58,776 nt of DNA from a virus. Taxonomy: Duplodnaviria; Caudoviricetes. The stretch is taken from the IMG/VR virus record IMGVR_UViG_3300046167_000328, positions 1 to 58,776 of that record. One strand, written 5' to 3'. The position numbers and the translations under genes are program-made. The notes below the pieces were generated by a model that saw nothing but the letters and a program-made list of their open reading frames with translations, was not told where the DNA came from and searched no databases. Within the stretch, counting starts at the first letter, position 1. Every line of letters begins with the position of its first letter. This document shows positions 54,463 to 58,776 of the stretch, piece after piece.

Positions 54463-55224
54463 TTAAAGATAGTCAAGCACTTGCGAGTGGTCTACGCTAT
54501 CAATTAATTTTTCTACAGCAGACTTTTTTAGCTCAGAAACTCTTACATAAGAGCTTGTACCTTTTATCTCTAGTATTTCTGCTATTTTTTTTGCAGGTAA
54601 TTTATCACAGTCTAAACCATAAGATAATCTTAATACTTCGTACTCTAAATTGTTTAAGTGTTTTTGCATTAAACCTTTTAGATACAAATTAAGTAGCTGT
54701 ATATTATACGGCTCTGATTTGTCTGGTATTTGGTACATAGTATTTTCTTCATCATCATTAAGTTGCTGAGAGTCTATTGATAAAAATATAGAGTTAAAAA
54801 ACATAGAAACCATTTTCTTGTCTTTAGGATTTTTACGTATCTCATTTAGTTTATGTTCTGGTATACGTATATCTCCTCTGTTGATGTCTATACGTCTTCT
54901 AATGGCTCCTTTTATACGTTTAGACAGAAAGCTTTTTAATGTTTTTTCCGTGTCGTTAGATTCCATAAGTCTAGACATTTCTAATTTATCAACAGCTCTT
55001 GTCAATGCTTCATTACCTATTTGAATTAGATCATTTATAGATAAAACACCTGAAGCTTGTTGTGATGTAGAAAACTTACGTGCTAAATTTTCAACTAAAG
55101 GTAAAAACTTAACTATCAACTCATCTCTAGTATATTCGTCCCAAAACTTACCTTCGATATTCATTATAGATGTTTTAACATCTTCTTTATATCTTATGTA
55201 GTTCTGTATATTATATTTCTTCAT
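54463..55224 (-). CDS. Sigma-70 family RNA polymerase sigma factor
   Basis: Region 2 LPLVENLARKF...DLIQIGNEALTRAVDK...RIKGAI; IRIP; region 4 EVLRLSYGL...KIAEIL...RVSELKKSAVEKL. Confidence 0.9.
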   Translation of the reverse strand: MKKYNIQNYIRYKEDVKTSIMNIEGKFWDEYTRDELIVKFLPLVENLARKFSTSQQASGVLSINDLIQIGNEALTRAVDKLEMSRLMESNDTEKTLKSFLSKRIKGAIRRRIDINRGDIRIPEHKLNEIRKNPKDKKMVSMFFNSIFLSIDSQQLNDDEENTMYQIPDKSEPYNIQLLNLYLKGLMQKHLNNLEYEVLRLSYGLDCDKLPAKKIAEILEIKGTSSYVRVSELKKSAVEKLIDSVDHSQVLDYL

Positions 55225-55351
55225 AATTAACTGGCATGTTATTAATAATATCTTGCTCTAATTTTTCTACTTTATTTATTAAGTATATGTTATCTGGTTG
55301 TACTATTTTTAATATAGATTTTATTTCTTTTATTTTATCTGAAGTAGTCAT
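55211..55351 (-). CDS. Small hypothetical protein (not in ORF track)
   Basis: MTTSDKIKEIKSILKIVQPDN...; fills the gap between genes. Confidence 0.55.
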   Translation of the reverse strand: MTTSDKIKEIKSILKIVQPDNIYLINKVEKLEQDIINNMPVNYEEI

Positions 55352-55968
55352 AATTGCTGATTTAAAAGTTCTTTTTCTTTCTTAAGTTCGTAACTCATAT
55401 TTCTATGTATAGTTCTTGAAGAACAGTCTAATAGACCTGCTAGTCTAGTTATTGTTATTTTTTTACTATCATCATGAAGATCTAGCATACACTGGTATAT
55501 AGACTCTTCATCTACTCTAGACGATCTCCCTATTAACTTACCTACTATAACCATTTTTTCTCTTGTAGATAAACCACTACCATCTCTAAATATTATTTTT
55601 CTTAATTTATTTTTTGGTGGTTGCTCTAAATCTAACATGCTGACTTCATAAATTATATTATTTAAGCTTTGCTTATTAATAGTAAATGTCACAAAGCCAG
55701 AGATCTTGTTACATATGTGCTCAGCTAAATCATTAAAGCTGTCAGGATCTAGTTGTGGGTTTAAGTACCATAACACTAATAGATGCCATTTTAAACTACG
55801 ATATGTAGTTATCTTAGCCTTGCTTCTGAACAACTCGTAACACTGATAAGTTCCATCGACGTAGTAACTACCCCAAGAATAAACCTCAGTAGGTTGATCT
55901 GTTATAGGACTACGTCTATAGACTATTTTTCTTCGATGCAAGTATTCTAAATTTCTAATATGTGACAT
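55348..55968 (-). CDS. C-terminal HTH DNA-binding protein, possibly a replication initiator
   Basis: KKITITRLAGLLDCSSRTIHRNM HTH; start codon lies inside palindrome copy 2. Confidence 0.7.
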   Translation of the reverse strand: MSHIRNLEYLHRRKIVYRRSPITDQPTEVYSWGSYYVDGTYQCYELFRSKAKITTYRSLKWHLLVLWYLNPQLDPDSFNDLAEHICNKISGFVTFTINKQSLNNIIYEVSMLDLEQPPKNKLRKIIFRDGSGLSTREKMVIVGKLIGRSSRVDEESIYQCMLDLHDDSKKITITRLAGLLDCSSRTIHRNMSYELKKEKELLNQQL

Positions 55969-56006
55969 TAGCCTATTACTATTTAATATTAGGGGCTGTT
56001 GTCACA
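55961..56006. promoter_or_regulatory. Palindromic operator/origin-like element, copy 2
   Basis: TGTGACATTAGCCTATTA...AGGGGCTGTTGTCACA. Confidence 0.75.
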
Positions 56007-56116
56007 GTTCCTTTTTGTTTTAACTTATATGAAAAATCATTTTCTTTTAAGAAAATTGTTTCAACTTGTAATTCTTTCTGTCTTAAATCTTCGAATAACT
56101 GTTTTGTTCTACCCAT
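55979..56116 (-). CDS. Small hypothetical protein (not in ORF track)
   Basis: MGRTKQLFEDLRQKE...GTVTTAPNIK. Confidence 0.6.
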   Translation of the reverse strand: MGRTKQLFEDLRQKELQVETIFLKENDFSYKLKQKGTVTTAPNIK

Positions 56117-56117
56117 T

Positions 56118-56339
56118 TTAAAGTTTTACTAGTTTTAATCTTCTGTTGTATTTGCTTAACAGTTTAGCTTTTACCTCTATATTACCACGAGTAATAGTTA
56201 TATTCTTATTTAAACTATATTCGCTTTTAAAAGATGCTTTAACTATTTCGTTATGCAGGTAGGTTATTCTGTTGCTTAGGAACCTTACGTGCTTTGCTTT
56301 TCTTTGTTTGTGTCTGTATCTTCGTATTAATCTTCGCAT
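56118..56339 (-). CDS. Basic hypothetical protein
   Basis: 73-aa R/K-rich ORF. Confidence 0.6.
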   Translation of the reverse strand: MRRLIRRYRHKQRKAKHVRFLSNRITYLHNEIVKASFKSEYSLNKNITITRGNIEVKAKLLSKYNRRLKLVKL

Positions 56340-56821
56340 AATTCGTTGATGTTAGATGGACGTATAATCTTCTGCTCATTTTTGTTTCTTATGTTTTGTT
56401 TTTCTTGTTCGTAATAATTCCAGTAAGCTAACAGGCTATTGTCACTAACCTTATATTCTTCTGGCATACATTGTGGTGGTTCTGTAAAGCCTCTATCAGG
56501 CATACCAACTGGCGGCTGAGCCAATGCTTCACGGCACTTTTCAATACTCATATGATACTTATTGTATCTAGCTGTGTATTCTTTACCGATCGCAAGCATG
56601 TGCTCGTATAGCCAATTGTAATGATGTATACTTTCTCGAACCCAAATTGTAGATGGATGGTTTAAGTGTGCTTTTTTGTATGGCACATTATGTCCGTTAT
56701 CATACGCATGGTGCGCTGTACAAAGCATCTGAGCACATTCTAATATCATTTTAACTTTATGCTTGTCATAGAAGTAGCTAGCGGCTTTTACAGGGTTTGG
56801 ATGTAGATAAAATATATTCAT
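56327..56821 (-). CDS. Pyrimidine-dimer DNA glycosylase (DenV)-like protein
   Basis: MNIFYL...DKHKVKMILECAQMLCTAH...HLNHPSTIWVR...PPQCMPEEYK. Confidence 0.75.
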   Translation of the reverse strand: MNIFYLHPNPVKAASYFYDKHKVKMILECAQMLCTAHHAYDNGHNVPYKKAHLNHPSTIWVRESIHHYNWLYEHMLAIGKEYTARYNKYHMSIEKCREALAQPPVGMPDRGFTEPPQCMPEEYKVSDNSLLAYWNYYEQEKQNIRNKNEQKIIRPSNINELCED

Positions 56822-57046
56822 TTATATCTTTTTGAAGTTACAGTTTTTAAATATATACTCGTGAAATGCAGATCCAATAGAGTTAGATCTTCTTATTTTC
56901 TTAATGGTACTAGGTTTTACATCACTGTACTCATAAGCTGATCCGCTTTTATACAATACTATTAATTTCCTAGACGCGTAAGTATAACGCAGAGATGATA
57001 CAAAACTTGATTCAACTCCTAGGTACTCTGTTTTAATTTTACTCAT
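56822..57046 (-). CDS. KTSC domain protein
   Basis: VESSFVSSLRY...L.V.YKSGSAYEYSDV...SIGSAFHEYI. Confidence 0.85.
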   Translation of the reverse strand: MSKIKTEYLGVESSFVSSLRYTYASRKLIVLYKSGSAYEYSDVKPSTIKKIRRSNSIGSAFHEYIFKNCNFKKI

Positions 57047-57333
57047 AATCTTTCTAATTTATCTATTAATTTATTTATTTTACTATGTACTTTAGCGGCT
57101 TCTTTGTAATCTTCTTTTTCTTCGTGCTGTGACAATAGCTTGCTAAGTCTTTCTATTTCCATTTGCAGTACTTCTTTTTCGTCTAAACCAAACACTTCAT
57201 CATTGTAATTTATCTCTAGACTACCTCCAGATTCTTTTACTTGTTTAATAAACTGTTTGTCGAACTCTGCCTGTCTTGTTAATAACTTTTGGAAAATAAT
57301 TTCCGCAAATTTTTCCATTTGTTCGTCTGTCAT
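57043..57333 (-). CDS. Protein with C-terminal UVR-type coiled coil
   Basis: EEKEDYKEAAKVHSKINKL. Confidence 0.65.
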   Translation of the reverse strand: MTDEQMEKFAEIIFQKLLTRQAEFDKQFIKQVKESGGSLEINYNDEVFGLDEKEVLQMEIERLSKLLSQHEEKEDYKEAAKVHSKINKLIDKLERL

Positions 57334-57353
57334 TTAATATGGTTTTTTATACT

Positions 57354-57387
57354 TATATTATCCTATGATGATCGTATTTTGTTTGTA
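57354..57387 (-). promoter_or_regulatory. Early promoter-like motif, copy 9
   Basis: + strand tatattatc-N9-tcgtatt-N5-tgta. Confidence 0.8.
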
Positions 57388-57392
57388 AATTA

Positions 57393-57557
57393 TTACTCAT
57401 AGAATTCTTTTATTGTTTTATGGTGGTAGCCCATAGCTTTAACTATTTCTAGCCATAACTCATGGAGTTCTTCAAGAGTTAAATCTGAATGATCTACTTG
57501 TGTAGAGATTTCTTTATTATAAAACCCTAATGTAATTTTTAACGGTTCTTTGCTCAT
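57393..57557 (-). CDS. Small hypothetical protein (not in ORF track)
   Basis: MSKEPLKITLGFYNKEISTQVDHSDLTLEELHELW... Confidence 0.65.
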   Translation of the reverse strand: MSKEPLKITLGFYNKEISTQVDHSDLTLEELHELWLEIVKAMGYHHKTIKEFYE

Positions 57558-57568
57558 AATTTATTATT

Positions 57569-58174
57569 TTAGTGAAATACTAATCCTACTTTTACAGTGT
57601 TGTTAAACCATCTTGTAGCATGTAGGTCAATAGAAGACGCATCAGTATAGCCAGCGCTATTAAGGTCATCGTTACTTTTAAATATTTTGGTATGCCTGTG
57701 TTTTCTTTCATCTATTAAATGTTTTTGTTTCCCTGAGTCAGAGAAGATTATATCATAATTATCTGGTAATGAGGTTTTTAAGATCATATCGATCATATTG
57801 GTATAACTGTAAAACCGCACTTTAGGATTGTGTATAGCAACTTCGATCCACTTTTTTAGATATGCACGAGAGTAATAATCGCCGCTATCATGGACTCTGA
57901 CATAATCAGGTTTCTTCTTACGTATTTCAGCGTTCATAGCATCAACAAATTTGTCAGTTTTACTTAGTTGATAACGCTTTTCAAATGCTGGTTGTACGTT
58001 TGACCATATGTACGCGCCTTTTTTAGCATAACAAAACTTTACACATGCATCAGCCATTGGACAAGTAAGTTTACCTGACGCTGATTTATAAGCCGGTATA
58101 CCAAAATTGAATACACGTAAGCCTAGCTCTTTAGATGTTTTTTTAAGTTTAGAGTTCTGTGTTAATAAGTTCAT
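57569..58174 (-). CDS. Gp88-family, radical-SAM-like Fe-S protein
   Basis: NSKLKKT, TCPMADACVKFCYAKKG, VRVHDSGDYY, FYSYT. Confidence 0.7.
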   Translation of the reverse strand: MNLLTQNSKLKKTSKELGLRVFNFGIPAYKSASGKLTCPMADACVKFCYAKKGAYIWSNVQPAFEKRYQLSKTDKFVDAMNAEIRKKKPDYVRVHDSGDYYSRAYLKKWIEVAIHNPKVRFYSYTNMIDMILKTSLPDNYDIIFSDSGKQKHLIDERKHRHTKIFKSNDDLNSAGYTDASSIDLHATRWFNNTVKVGLVFH

Positions 58175-58187
58175 AGTTTTTGTTTAT

Positions 58188-58221
58188 TATATTATCAATT
58201 AGCGATCGTATTTAGTCTGTA
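58188..58221 (-). promoter_or_regulatory. Early promoter-like motif, copy 10
   Basis: + strand tatattatc-N9-tcgtatt-N5-tgta. Confidence 0.8.
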
Positions 58222-58485
58222 TTAATCTAATAGTACAAAATAAGCCTCTGTATTATTCTTACGAAACCAGTTTAACGCTTTTTGAAACTCGCTTACTTGT
58301 TTAGGTGTAACGGTTTTTGGAGCCATTTCAAATACATACTGCGATCCCATTATAAAGTCGTACATAGATAACTCTAAGCCATTAAGCTCGTAGCTCTCTT
58401 TACTAAAAGGATTTGTTACTAACTCACCTTTGTCGTAGATCACGCCTTTAAACCATTTAGGTATTACTTGTTCTTTAGTCTTCAT
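58222..58485 (-). CDS. Hypothetical early protein
   Basis: 87-aa ORF. Confidence 0.75.
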   Translation of the reverse strand: MKTKEQVIPKWFKGVIYDKGELVTNPFSKESYELNGLELSMYDFIMGSQYVFEMAPKTVTPKQVSEFQKALNWFRKNNTEAYFVLLD

Positions 58486-58776
58486 CTTTTAATTCATTAA
58501 ATATTAATTCACCTTTCACTGCTGTAGCAATAGTTAAACCATAGTGATTAGCTACAATTTCATATCTACTTTTGTCTTTAATTACTTGAGTTGCATAGTT
58601 TAACCACTTGTAATCTTCATCAACGGTAATGTTTATAAATCCGCAGTAATGTTCATTGTCTTTATTAAATTGATAGTCTTGAGAGATCATCTCTATATAT
58701 TGTAATGCGTTTATAGGGTTAACCACTTTGTGGTTGTAACCTTCGTTTAGTAGCTCATCTATAATTTCTTCTTCGA
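58475..58776 (-). CDS. 3' part of the junction-spanning ORF that starts at 361
   Basis: Open to the window edge and in frame with 361-1. Confidence 0.85.
   Translation of the reverse strand, partial: EEEIIDELLNEGYNHKVVNPINALQYIEMISQDYQFNKDNEHYCGFINITVDEDYKWLNYATQVIKDKSRYEIVANHYGLTIATAVKGELIFNELKDED

Overview
This AT-rich window appears to be a complete, circularly permuted 58.8-kb podovirus-type phage genome: a minus-strand ORF starting at 361 reads in frame across the 1/58776 junction. A Bacteroidota (probably marine Flavobacteriia) host is inferred from A-rich leaders lacking Shine-Dalgarno sites and from gene content. The + arm (6159-44785) holds an HNH-like protein, fibre, GroEL/GroES, holins, terminase, portal, scaffold, capsid, paralogous tail rings, nozzle, three ejection proteins (one of 2705 aa) and an M15 endolysin. 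The - arm holds many small early genes, a sigma factor, ERF, exonuclease, SSB, primase-helicase, a thymidylate-synthase-fold enzyme with dCMP-hydroxymethylase signatures, MazG-like proteins and a class Ia RNR. I recognise no DNA polymerase. The main unexplained signals are: (1) ten fixed-geometry 34-bp early promoter-like elements unlike the Bacteroidota consensus, together with a sigma-region-2-like segment inside the giant ejection protein (hypothesis: an injected sigma domain); (2) a 337-nt, three-domain structured non-coding region ending in a tRNA-like cloverleaf, plus a separate tRNA minihelix; (3) a 46-47-bp palindrome present twice, once over the start of a Rep-like HTH gene; (4) a candidate cytosine-modification enzyme. 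Four apparent frameshifts may be assembly errors. All calls come from reading motifs by eye; no searches were run.
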